DNA from: the human T2T-CHM13v2.0 reference genome, Homo sapiens
Reading direction: 5' to 3' (one strand)
Length of the DNA stretch: 64,000 bases
Assembly: GCF_009914755.1 (NCBI RefSeq)
Contig: NC_060944.1
In this document: piece by piece, positions 1 to 12,208 of the stretch
Numbering within the stretch: position 1 is the stretch's first letter
Layout of the letters: every line of letters starts with the position of its first letter
Notes under the pieces: model-generated
Told to the model about the DNA's origin: nothing
Database searches by the model: none
What the model saw: the letters and a program-made list of their open reading frames with translations, nothing else
Program-made: the position numbers and the translations under genes

Positions 1-1419
1 CCCTTCCAGGGTGTCTCCCAAGCTTATTCTAACTTGAATTGATCTGTCTTAAAACAACTCAGGAGTGACCGGGGCAGTGAGGTGGGATTACTGTGTGATT
101 TGTCCCAAGATACACTGGGAGTGTGTGTGCCACTCAGGACTATTTTTTAAAAGTTTCCCTAATAATCAACAGCTCAAGAAAATGTAGCAGTTAGATCCAT
201 GATGACTGTGGGAGGACAGTGAGTTCTAGGTATTTGTGTGAGGTGTCTGAGGAAACATTGCAGAAGCAATGGAAATGTCTGGTAGTTTTACCGATAAAAA
301 CTGTCTTGTCCCCAGAAAGGAATTTTGGCCCATAATTAAGATACTTCCTATATGTGAATTATTTCTGTGGTGCTCCTTTTGAATTGCAAAGTAGGCAACC
401 CTTTAGCTAAATTTCTCAGTTATCCGTGCCAAAGTGGCATGGTCTTTGCCACTGTATAAATTGTACAGGCCATACATTCTAGAAAACAGTCCTTTCTGCC
501 TTCAGGGAGGGACATTTTGCCATTGCCACTGAAGAAGGGCTCCTCTCCCCCACTGGGTTGTTCATTCCTGTGGGTGGGTCCCCCACAGCAGGCACGGAGA
601 GGCAGCGGGGCTGTAGGGTGGAGCAATGAGTCCTGTCTGAGAATGGAGAGGCCTAAGTGCTCGAGCTCTGGTCTGGACATGACCAGCCACCTGGTGATGG
701 AAAAACCAGCCTGCCTCCATTCCTCAACTGTCAGAGAAATCTTGCCCCATGGGAGGGGGGACTCTGGGGAAAGTGTGCAGTAAACTGCAAATCTCTACAT
801 GTACATAAAGAATGGTGACAGTTCACAGAGAGTCCTGGAGACCATTTTTGTAAGAGTAAAAAAAGCTAGGGAGCCTTGCCTCCCATCCTTGCCCTTCTGT
901 GTCACTGAGTTGTTTAAAGTCTCTTGAATCACTTTCTGTGTAGTGGGGATGGCCATCTGCGCGATTCTTCACGCACACGCGTGCTCATGACCACTGGAAC
1001 TTACAGGGATCTGCAGGGTCTTGAGGGCAGGGCGGGACACGTGGCTGAGCTCCACGTTCTGCCTGTCTGGGCAATCCAGGACAGGGGCTATGTTCTGTGG
1101 TGCTGGAGTGAGGGGGCACCGCTGAGGGCCCCTCTAGTGCCCCCCAGGGAATGTTCAGGCAGAACACCTATTGTATAAGCATAACATCTGTTCATTCACC
1201 AGACACATATGACATACCTGTTGCGTGCCCAGAGATGGGAATACATGGCGAGTAAACTGTCATGGAAGTTGTCCCCCATCCCCACAGTGCACCCTCCCCA
1301 CTGAAGCCTGACTGACCTTCGTGGAAGAGTCATATCACAGCACTCTGCTGCTTCACATCTTTGTGTGCTGCCCATCTCACCAGAGCAAGAGCCAAGGTCT
1401 TGCCCTCTGCCCGTAAGGC

Positions 1420-1835
1420 CACTCTGACCTTCCTGTTCTTCCTGCCCACCCTGGCTCACTCAGCTCTAAGGAGGCTGGGCTCCTTGTTCCTTGATTGTGC
1501 CAGGAAAGTCCCTGCCTCAGGCCCTTCCACCTGCTCTTTCCTGCCCCTCCTTCCTTGTCATTTCTCACACGCCGCCTTTTCAGGGAGGCCTTCTCTGACC
1601 CCCTATTTTAAAGTGCGCCCCCACCCCAGGTGTGTTGGATTTTCTCAGTGGCACTCCCAAGGCTCTTTCCCTGTTGTCTTTTCTCCTCAGTACTCTTCAG
1701 CTCCTGAGAGCAGACACTGCCGTCTCCTTTCCCGTCTGGAAGGTGAGCCTCCAGTGAAGGAAGGGCTGCTGTCTGTCTTGCCCATCTCTGCAACTGGCAT
1801 ATTCAGTGTTTGGTAAACATTTATGGGATGAATGT
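1420..1835 (+). mobile_element. L2 LINE 3' fragment
   Basis: Typical L2 motifs tcagggaggccttctctgacc and gtgagcctcc...gctgtctgtcttg, ending in ggatgaatg. Confidence 0.65.
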
Positions 1836-4647
1836 CTGAAAACCCACTTTCGTGGGCTTTATGAGATGCTCTGAGGAGTGAAGCTGCAGTTCGCATCTAC
1901 TTAAATTGTAGCAAAGGTGCATCCCTCTGTGTCCCCGGGTCTTAAGTGGACCTGAGTTTTAATATCTCAATTTGGCCTCTGGCAAGTTGCTAGCTTTGGG
2001 TAAGTGGGAGAAAGAGCAGAGTCAGCCTAGCGGGCTACAGATTTCCACTTCTGGCCTCCTCCTTCCTTCTCCGTGGTGATCTATTTCCTCTGGGACTCTC
2101 ACATGTGATGCTGTTGGGTCAGCGACTGTCACCCTGGTCCGGAGCGCCCAGCCTCACGAAGCTGCATGCCCAGATGTTACCTGGAGGCTGTGGTGCTAAC
2201 TGGAGTTGCGCTGTTTCTCCAGCTGCTTCTCTGCACCCTAGGGATGTAGCTAGGGAGCAGGGCTTCCCTAATGACTGCACGTGGGCTCTGGGATGCACGC
2301 TGACTGCAGAGTCTACCCATACACATTCAGCAGCACTGGCAAGGCAAGGTGTGCACACTTCCTGTTTTGCCTGAGATTAGGGGTATGGGGGAGTGGAACC
2401 TTCCCAAGCCATACCCATGATTCCTTTTCCATATCCTCAGGCAATCTCACAGATCACACAATCCCACACAGGAGAAGACAGATGCTGGGATGGTGGAGGC
2501 CACTGGTTCCCACCACAGGTCACAGCTGAGTGCTGCGGGAAAGGCAAGAGGAGCCTCTGCGTGGGGGCACAGGTAGGTGGAACGTGTCCTCTATGCATCT
2601 GGATTTTATTGTCTCATATTCTTGAAGTGGCCACAAAATAGGGTTTTCCCTATTCTTTCTCGGCATTGTCTACTGTGATGCTACTAGGTTTCTTGTGTAC
2701 TGAGAAGTGAATTTGGCCACATCAATGCTGTAAATATGTAAAGTTACTTATTTCAAATGGATGGGCATGTTTCCCATTTTTAAGGGATTTTATTCCTTCT
2801 GCTGTTTGAGGGACTTTAAAGGCTAATGGGCAAAAAGGAACCGGCAGGTTTAGTTCCTGTTATCATCCTATATCTTCCTGGAAAAGGGTAGTATAAAATA
2901 TTCTTTCTTCTTTCTGTCAGAAGACTTAACTGCGAATAAGAGAGGTTCCATTTGGCCTCTGCTTTGGTTTGGCTGTTCCTAAACAGGAATTTGAGCAAAA
3001 CCACTGAGTCTTCTAGGAGGCCCCTCAGCAGCTGAGGTTGTGCATGCACCACCTGCTGAGCCAGGAGGACTTGAGGGCCAGTCACGATTCACAAGGAATG
3101 TGAACCCGGGGTGTCGGGAGCTTCAGGTTCTTCTGAAATACATTCTCAAGGTTATTTCAAATAAGCTTTAATTAAGAGTTATTTCCAAAAATTGTCTCTG
3201 AGAAAAATTCCTGGTACCTGCCAGCCATCTCTTGGCAACTGCTAAAGCGTCCCCTGAGCTGTAATTAGCAGTCAGGCAGGAGGAAGATGCCACCTGCACT
3301 TAAAACTCTGTAAGGACTGGGAACCCAGAACCTAACGCAGCATTTCACAGAAAAACCGCACCTTCAGAGTTCTGCCAAGGGAACAGATTCAGTGCAAGGT
3401 CACACTTCAAAATGAATGATCTCAGGCCGCTTCTTATTCTGGGAACCTATGAATACTCCCAGCACCAGCCCCAGGGTTGTCAGGAGTGTCACTGTCCCCG
3501 CAGTGGCTCTGAAACATGTGGTTTCTTTCTCTCTGCTCTTCTCACATTTACTATCCTCTATCTTTTTATTTTTGTCCATGGGCCTTCCAGTTCTCAGACA
3601 TTAGGCAATGTGGGGAAGTTCCAAACCAACTGGCAGGATGCTTAGTAGAATATCTAATACAAACGAGGCAAGTTTTCATTCTCCTCAAGTTGACAAGGCA
3701 AATGGCATGGTCCATCTCAGGGAAATCTCAACCCAACTGGCCTAAACCACTGGCTGGCTATCTTTTTGACATGTGGTTATAGTTTGGAGGAAACTTATCT
3801 GAGCTTATTAATAAATAGCCATTTTTTGTGTGTGTGGCTCACGAGTGTCTGCTTTTCTCCAATAAGACTTCAAGCTTCACAAGGGAAGGAGAGACACAGG
3901 CCTGCATGAGATTCCCAGAGCCTTAGTTTGTGTTGCCTGAAGTGCCCTGCACAGTCCTGCTCAGTGGCAGCCTCCAGGGGCAACAAGGACCACGTCAGAG
4001 ATGGTAACATCTGACAGGTAGCAGTGGCACTTTCCTAGCCAAGCAAATGAAAAGAATGCTTGTCTCATCTCTTCCAGAGCTGACACTGAGGAGAGTAAAA
4101 AAGTTTTAAAAGAACAAAGGGATGAAGAAGCACGAAGCCTAAAGTGGTGCTAAACAAGGTGATCGATAATTCCCTTTAAAACCCTCGAGACCATCTACGA
4201 AAGCACCTCGAATCAAGTTTCAGTTACTCGGTCTGTGGATTCGCTGGCTCCTGACTTCCCCTGCCTTTCTCCACACCGGCTTCTTATCAGATTTCTTGTC
4301 GGTGGCCCACTTTCACTAAGAGACTGGGAAGGAGGGGACAGATGAAACATAATTACGAGTGTTTGCTCTGCATCTTGCATCAGGCCCACACATCTGTGGT
4401 CTAGAGACACACCTGTGCTGCTTAAAGCAACAGCCTGATTCCTTTCTGTCCTCCTTTCTATTCACTCCTGTTGCATGTAGGAAAGAAATCCCATGTACCA
4501 GTCTCTAAAGAATTTACAGTCCATTATGGAGAGGAGACACACACGCAGGATAAAGGCTTACATATGCTAAGGAAAATCAAGATATATGTAACCACAAGTC
4601 GGATGGCACTAAAATTAAGGCCTAAATATTTCAGAGAGGATTTAGGG

Positions 4648-4833
4648 CAGTGGTTCTCAGTCCTGCCTGCACGTTAAAATACCCTCAGTTTTTTCTTTTT
4701 TTTCTTTTTTAAAATTCCATGCTCAGGTCACACCCCAGACCAATAAATCCGAATCTAGTGGAGGGACTCAAGCATCGGTATCTTTACAGCTTCACAGGGG
4801 ATTCCAATGTGAAGCCAGAATTGAATCCCACTG
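4648..4833. mobile_element. MER5A-like hAT-Charlie MITE
   Basis: Termini cagtggttctca...gaatcccactg; internal caccccagaccaataaatccgaatct and gattccaatgtgaagcca. Confidence 0.75.
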
Positions 4834-5156
4834 GGTCTTGGTGATGGAATGATAGCTGGTAAAAAAAACTTTCTATCAATGTTGTACCATCTTTCCAAGA
4901 AGAATACATCTTAAATTGGAAAAAAATCAAAGCAAAAGTGGTCAGAATCAAGCCGGTTATGAGGGAAGGAAGACTTGGGCTGTGTCCAGAAGGGATTATG
5001 GGGGTAGAAGAAACATCTGTCCAAGGCAGTTGTCTGTAGGACATGTGGCAACACTTTGGCCAGCTACAGCCAAGTGTGCTGAGGGTGCTGAGTGGGATGG
5101 CTGAGTTATTGAATAGATGGTCATATAAGATAGTTTGTATTTAAGGAAAACTTTTG

Positions 5157-5436
5157 GGTCAGGTGCAGTGGCACACACCTGTAATCCTAGTACTTTGGGA
5201 GGCTGAGGTGGGCAGATCGCTTGAACCCAGGAGTTCAAGACCAGCCTGGGTAACATGGTGAACCCCTGTCTCTATAAGAAATACAGAAATTAGCTGCATG
5301 TGGTGGCTTATGCCTGTAGTTCCAGCTACTCAGGAGGCTGAGGCTAGAGGATTGCTCGAGCCTGGGACGGGAAGGATGCAGTGGGCTGTGCTCACACCAA
5401 TGCAATCCAGGCCTGGGCGACAGAGTGAGACCAAAA
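5157..5436 (+). mobile_element. AluJ, diverged, short tail
   Basis: Dimeric Alu with J-type gatcgcttgaacccaggagtt; flanked by ggaaaactt repeats (5145-5153, 5438-5446). Confidence 0.9.
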
Positions 5437-8400
5437 GGGAAAACTTCTGTATTATCTGAATAGAGTAAAATTTGACTCTGGCCTTTAGTATGAATAAAGA
5501 GCTGGTAGCTACGGCTCTGATTATGGGATTATCACTATAGGGTGGGCACAGGGCTGGCATTTCCATGTGAAATGGGGAGGTGAAGATTGAGTTGGCACTG
5601 ATTCCAACTTGCCCATGACCTTCGGTGGTCCCTTCCTGGGTTGGTCTTCAGCTTGCTCCAAATTAATGTGACAGGGTTAGACATGATCTTTCCTGAAGTC
5701 CCTTCTAGTTCAACATTCTATGATGTTCTTTGCTGGCTTCAGCAAAGTTATGGGGAAGCTGAACACATACAATTCAAAAGAAGCACTATTAATTAAAACC
5801 GTATTAAGACCACTTTAACAGGGAGGGAATGAATATGAATGTGATGAGTCTGTCACATGACTATCCTTTCAATGAGCGGGGAAACTCTTTTTGGTGGTTT
5901 GGGTTAGGATTTACTTGTGCTGTTTCTGGGAATTAACTTGATTATTAACTGCCCAGTGAAACGGCCAAGGAAGACTGCCTGTCAGGACTGCATGCGGAAT
6001 GACGAGCTGCATATGGCGCGGAGGCCTTAGCAAGCAAAAGCTGGGTGTAGCCATATCCCTCTGGGCAAAGGCTGGTGAGTTCTAAGAGGAGTTTGTGTAG
6101 TGTCTACATCTCAGATTTGCTTTGGGGCGAATGTGTAACATAAGTGCCTCCATCTGCAGTTTTAGGAGAAGATTTTATTGGCCACCAAAATGACTCAGTG
6201 ACACCAGGCAGAGTCTTCTGGCAAAGGTTCTGCAAACTTAACATAACGACTGTGTTGTAGAAGAAAAGCTACAGAAGTCTTTTTCATTAGGTAAGTGGCA
6301 ATAATAACCCTTTCCACGAGGGCATCCAAGCAATTGTGTGAAAGATGAAAGTTTGCAGTTTTGTGCAGTAGCAGGAATGGCAGTGGCATCCTAAGACCGA
6401 CTCAGACTAATCTGGTTTAAGCTCCAAATACGACCTACATTAAAAGTGGCAGACTCTGATGAAGCATAGTGAGGAATTTTCTCCCACTTGTTCTAAATCC
6501 TGGAGCCTTGACAATCCAGCCTATCATAAAGGAGGAAGTATTTCTGACCATATCTTGGAGAAATCAAATGCTGTGTTTATGCAGGGCTAACAAATAAACA
6601 AAGACCTGTGCTCCCTCTGCTGGCTCTCTATAGCAATATTGAAGCAGAAAGGAACCATACGTAGTATTGGCATCTTCAGCAAACACAAGTCAGTTTGGGT
6701 ATTCCGAGAAGAACCACTCATTTAACTTGGTTTTGAACATTCTTTGAGAAAAATCTATCAACTTCTGACAAAGGCACTTGGAAATTCTTAAAATTAGATA
6801 TTAAATGAGACATACCTGTAGCCCTTGGCTACCAGATTGCTAGCTGTGACCGTAATAGTGATCTGGGGATTGATTGATCAACAGACACAAGTGGATTCCT
6901 CCAAAATTTTTAGATCCAGACACAATCTTTAAGGCAGTTCTGAAAAAAATCTCAGGTCCAATGTAAAGTTCCTTTTTTTCTCTTTTATAAGAGCAACTTC
7001 TAAAAAGCAAAGATTTACACTATTTATATCTTTTCTGATAATGTCAAACACTAGACTTGATTTTCCAAATCATTAGCATGCAGAAGAATGACCTCATGGT
7101 GAACAGATGCACTTGGCTGTGAGCTGCAGTGATTACATCAGTCCCTCCCAGCAGTCGAGGGTGCCCATTCCAGTTAACCCTTTCAAGGCCTCTCTGCCGG
7201 TCCCTCTTTCTTGGTGATATGATTGAAAGCACAAATTTAGTCCCCCACCCCAATATGTGTGTGTGTGTGAGAGAGAAATGTATATGTGTATATAAATGTA
7301 TTTATACATAAAACATATATATGTTAATTGCAACCAATATTTTAATACTGGCTACATTTTAGATTATTTAATGCTGGTCAAAAAAGGAAGGTAAACTATA
7401 GTGCTAGGTAAAAAAGTAGTTGAAATATCTTTACATGTCAGGTGTTATCAATACAAGTAATGGATGGAATAGATACAAGGTAGATACGATGGTCTTTAAA
7501 AATATTTTCTCATTAGGAAAATAGATTTTGTTTTGAAAGCTCTTTGAAAAATGCCGAGCGCTCATATATTAGCAGCTACACCACCATGTGTGGTTGACGG
7601 CGCATCCTGAACGCAAGCCTGTTCACCTGGCCAACCCACCCCCGCAGGGCTTGTTGGGCGGATGGGTAACAGCACCTGGATGGGGAGAGTCAGAAGCAGA
7701 GGGCATTTTCCAACAGTGGAAGCTTCAGGCACAGGCCATTCCCACCGAGTGCATCTCCCACTTTTACTTCAGACTTAAAGGCTGATTTTGGGGCTTTCCC
7801 TCTAGAAGTGGGGGCTGCATGCTGCTTTCTGGCTTGCTGCTACCAATACAGTGCAGAATGAATGCAGTGTTCAGGTGATGCTCCCTCTTCATTAATAATA
7901 AAGTCCTGGTGGTGAGGATACAAAGAAAACCTAGGAGCCCCTAATTCCTCAGATTGTGCATACGCATGTGAGCCCAAGCCCAAGGCCCTGCTTTGATGAC
8001 ACTGAGGGCCAGAGATGGTCTGATTGGGTCCTAAGTGCACTGTGGGAGCTTAAGCCGCTCAGGGTCAATTTTTCCAGTTGGCTTGTTGCTTGGAAGAACA
8101 GACTTCACCTCAATTTCTTAGTTTAAGCTGGCTGGCTCATCTGGGTTTGATCGCCCTTGTCCCAAGAACATAACAGTGTAAACAAATGACAAATGTTTTC
8201 ATCTGTAGAAGTAGTAACAGATAGTGGACAGGGATTCCTCAAAAGCGAAGCCAGTATGTAAGCTAGAAGATGCTTCCGAAAACGTGCTTGTCTATGGTGC
8301 TGAAATGCTCTGTCCTCATTGTACTGCCCCACATTTCAGTTCAAATCAAGATTATATCTAGTTCATTCCTACTCAGCGTTATGAGAAGATATGCAAAGAA

Positions 8401-10553
8401 TTAAAACAGAACATTATGCCTAGACTTAAAAATCACACTTAAGGATAGGCATGATAGACGTATAAAAATGTTTCCCACTCAACACTGAATTCCTTAAACC
8501 ATGAATACTATGAAATGTAATACTGATGTTAATAATTTGAAAAGCGGAGGGAGTAGCATTTGTCTTGATATTCCATGTTTGGTTTCACGTTCCTTTTAGA
8601 AGAGTTCCAATGCCCACCCTCACATGCTGTCAGAATCTTCATTCTGCTAAGCAATTTTCAAAAATATGACGTTCTTGAAGAAGCCTATTGACAATCCTCT
8701 CCAAGTAGAGTTCTTAAAAACTCAAATTGCTCCTAGAATCTCACTCATTTCTATTGGTTTAAATAATTATGGATGTTTGGAAAAGATCAAATTAGTTTAT
8801 ACAGAGGCTAAAATATACATAGAAAACAAAGTCCATCATTATTCATTTTGATAATATCTTAATAATCTTAAGAATGTAACAGTTAAGGAATGAAAACATC
8901 TAGTTATTATTTACGTGTTTAATTTTAAGAAGTAAAAAGCTTTCTCAAGAGTTAAACAAACAAACAAAAAACAAAAAACAACCTGCACTGAAAAATCAAG
9001 TCCTCACGAAGAGGGGAATAATCTCATGAGGGTGGGAAAAAGCTGAATGAGATCTTTTTAAAATTAGCTTTGCTACAGATCCCTCATGTTCTTTCACTGA
9101 AAAATTAGAAACGATTTAAAATCTCTAGCCAGACCGAGTATGAAATCTTCATTTCCCTTGAAACGAATTTGTTTTTGTCTTAGATAGAATGTTGGCAGAG
9201 TGTATAAAAGAATTCAATTCACAGCTGTTCCACTTTTTTAATGTAAGAAACATTAATCAAAGCTTTAAGTTATAAGCTTTTCTCATGTTGCTTAGTATTC
9301 CAGTTCAACAAAGATCAATAGAGGCCATCCCAGTGTTCCTTGACGCCTCACCAGGAAGCAGAGGCGTGATTATGCAAATCACGCTGCTCCTGCACCTCTG
9401 CCAGCCTGCTTATCTCCCAAGCCTTCTGCCTGCTGCTCCTGGCTCCCTGCGCAAGTGCGTGCCTCTCCCTCTTATCTCCCAACAAAGCTCTGAGAGGCAA
9501 GGATTGAGGCCAGCGATGTTAAACAATGATGCATGGCTGATTTTATTTGTAAGTGATTTATTTCACTGGATTTAATTTTTTTTCACTTTGTGTATAAGAT
9601 ATTTGTTAACAAGTCAGAATAGGAGAAGTAAGGCAGTGTTCAGAGACAATTGACACAGGTTAGAAATCTATTAAGCACTCTAACAGTTTCATTTAAAGCA
9701 GTGGAAGAAGAAGGAAGCTCCTCACTGAGAATCTCAACATGCATTGGCTAAATATCCCATTTATTCTCTGAAAGGCAATTAATCTGTAATTATATGCAGA
9801 AATTTACAAGTAATAATTCTATTATTTGAAAGAAACACACAGTAATCACATAATCTGTTTAAGTGGCAATACATGTATTTTTCCCCCCAAACTGGAAATA
9901 TAAAAAGAATAAAAACCTAAAAACAAGGAAATCTATGGAAACTTTCACAATTTTCCACTGGCCCTAATAAATGAAAATTATTGTAAGCTAGTTTCTAAAC
10001 GGGTTCCACACCAGGTGCTGCTCCGGTCGGCGGCTTGTCCACATGACACAAACCACTCCAGAGAGACACGCACACTGCACTGCTGTAATGATGGACCCCG
10101 GGACACTGTCCTTCCATGTCTCCTGCATTAATCCCTGACCTTCGAATCTCGGCAGCATAATCCCCATTTAGCATTAGTAGCAACGGCTTCCACTGTGAGG
10201 AACTCTTTTTTGATAAGTAAGCACTGATTCGGGCATCGCTTTTAAACAGCATATTCCCAGCTCAGCAAGAAACCCACACTCCTGAATGAACCGGAGCACA
10301 TTACTGAGAAAAAGTTCATTAACCTTGCTAGATTTGAAGGTTAACAGGATAGCTGAAGAAAGGAACTGAGTGAACAGCTCGAATACAAAACAAATTAAAA
10401 TGAATGTCATCATTCCTTTTGATATTCATTAGTTGATTCAGAGGGAGAATGCTCTTCTTAAATTTGCAAAGCATTTATCTGTGAAAAACAGGTGTACATC
10501 TGCTGCTCGAATGCGTCTTAAGCGCGTGAGAGAAGAATAATGTAGACACTCAC

Positions 10554-10675
10554 CCGTTCCGCTGAGGGAGTAGCTGGGAGAGGGAGAAAAGACTTGGGCT
10601 GCGAAATCCTCGAATGTCATTACTTCGCGGTGGTTCTGAATTATTGCTTCGAGATACAGAGCTCGCTCTTCATAG
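10554..10675 (-). CDS. RALGAPA2: Internal coding exon near the 3' end of Ral GTPase-activating protein catalytic subunit alpha-2 (122 nt; first base completes a codon, ends one base into a codon)
   Basis: Minus-strand translation [40 protein letters not shown] matches my recollection of the RALGAPA2 C-terminus (paralog RALGAPA1: [31 protein letters not shown]). Bounded by ccgcag|C at 10676/10675 and CGG|gtgagt at 10554/10553. CpG-retaining relative to flanks. Confidence 0.93.
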
Positions 10676-10687
10676 CTGCGGTAATCG

Positions 10688-10697
10688 GTTAAGGAAA
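10688..10697 (-). promoter_or_regulatory. U12 (minor spliceosome) branch-point sequence TTTCCTTAAC
   Basis: Plus strand gttaaggaaa at 10688-10697. Only 12 nt (cgattaccgcag) separate it from the exon; no polypyrimidine tract in between. Confidence 0.85.
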
Positions 10698-11989
10698 CAA
10701 GTGCACGTGCAAAGTGGCATGCAGAGCAGTGACAGAATTCACTTTTAATACCGTTGTGCAATTTTTTCTGTGTAAAAAAGTATCCTGCAGGTTCTTTACC
10801 ATCTTGCAGAAAATTAAGTATTAGTCATAATTCATACCCAAATTCTGGTTTTGAGACCTAAGTTTCTCTTAGACTTTAATTGCATTAAATACTAATAACA
10901 CTAAAAAACATGTAAAGCAACAGTTACAGAATAACATCATAAGATCATTAGGGTCGATTTAAACAAAAACAGGAGATACTGATTGCAATAGCATCTCTTT
11001 CCACTGACAGTGGTAGATCTTTTACATCCTATTTCAGTGGATAAAACATTCTTAGCCTACTGACATATGAGTTGATACTTCAAGCAACTTGGTGATACGA
11101 CAGTGCAGACGCTTCTTAAAAATAAGAAGATGCAAGTTACTGGGAAGAGAGAAGGCTAGGAAGATAGATTCTGAGGGGGCATCAGAGCCTCTAACCAAGA
11201 CAAGCTGTGAACATTGGAAAATAAGAACTACTATGTGAGAGAATCTACCAAGAGTGCACAGTGCAATTTAAAAAAAAAAGACTACTGCCTTTTAATTAAA
11301 ACTGCAGTCTGGAACACACAGCATTCAAATGTGTAATCAAAAACCAGTCACCAATAAAACTTACAAGCGTAACACACTGAAGCAACTTTCCAGCTGTCTT
11401 AATAGGACCCCTGCGTGTGGCAGGCTTTCACAGGGCAGAAAGCAAATCTTCCCCTTTTGTGTGTGGCTTCTGTTTCCTTAGAAGGTGAATCATGCACTTC
11501 CAATAACAGGATAACGTCAGAACAATCCCACAATGGATGGAGGCACTGCACATACGACGTTATGAATTAACACTTGGGGAAGTCCGCATGACGTCTCATT
11601 TTCCCCTTCCTCATTATCAATGCAAAAGTTAAAAGACATGTTTCAGTCGTTTTGAAAATCATGCTAATTCTCCGGGAACACAGGGAATGCGGATCACCAT
11701 CAGTTTATTATTGGCAGCTCCAGAAGAGGAAAAGTAACTCTAGCATTTCTCACTACATTTTCAAACTATCTTTTCAAAATGGCCTCTTTAAAAATACAAG
11801 TTGGTGACAATTATGTCCTTTCAATCAGCCTTCAAGACAGCACGTGTTTTTAAATGGTCAAATACTTTTCTGCTTTCTTATGGCAAAGTGTGCACACCGA
11901 TCTCTAAATGCAGGCTCTTCCTCTCCCTACTCCTTCAGTTATATTCAGAGGATAATTTTCATACCGTGAGGAGACCAGAGGCATTCTAG

Positions 11990-12208
11990 GGCTGTGCTAT
12001 CCCATACAGTAGCCACAAGCCACACGTGGATATCTCATTTTAAATCTGAATTAATTAAAGTAAAGAGCTAAAATTCAGTTGCTTTGCCCCTCCCCCCACC
12101 TTGCTATATTTTAAGCACTCAATAGCCGCACGTGGCTAGGGGTTCTATACTGGATCGCACAGATACAGGATGTGCCTGTCACCGTGGAAAGCACTACTGG
12201 ACAGCGTG
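11990..12208. mobile_element. MER3-like hAT-Charlie MITE
   Basis: gtagccacaagccacacgtgg ... ctcaatagccgcacgtggctag ... tactggacagc internal inverted motifs. Confidence 0.7.

Larger units (their letters stand above)
1..10553 (-). other. RALGAPA2: Downstream U2-type intron of RALGAPA2; the exon carrying the canonical stop was not identified and probably lies beyond the window start
   Basis: Starts with the consensus U2 donor gtgagt; repeat-rich non-coding sequence follows. Confidence 0.7.

Noticed and set aside
6407-6414. cag|ATTAG as the canonical RALGAPA2 'D-stop' exon
   Set aside because: Poor pyrimidine tract and no convincing nearby donor; the true exon probably lies outside the window.
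10438-10761. 107-aa ORF as a stand-alone gene
   Set aside because: Only 10554-10675 resembles RALGAPA; the flanks are intronic, beyond clear splice sites.
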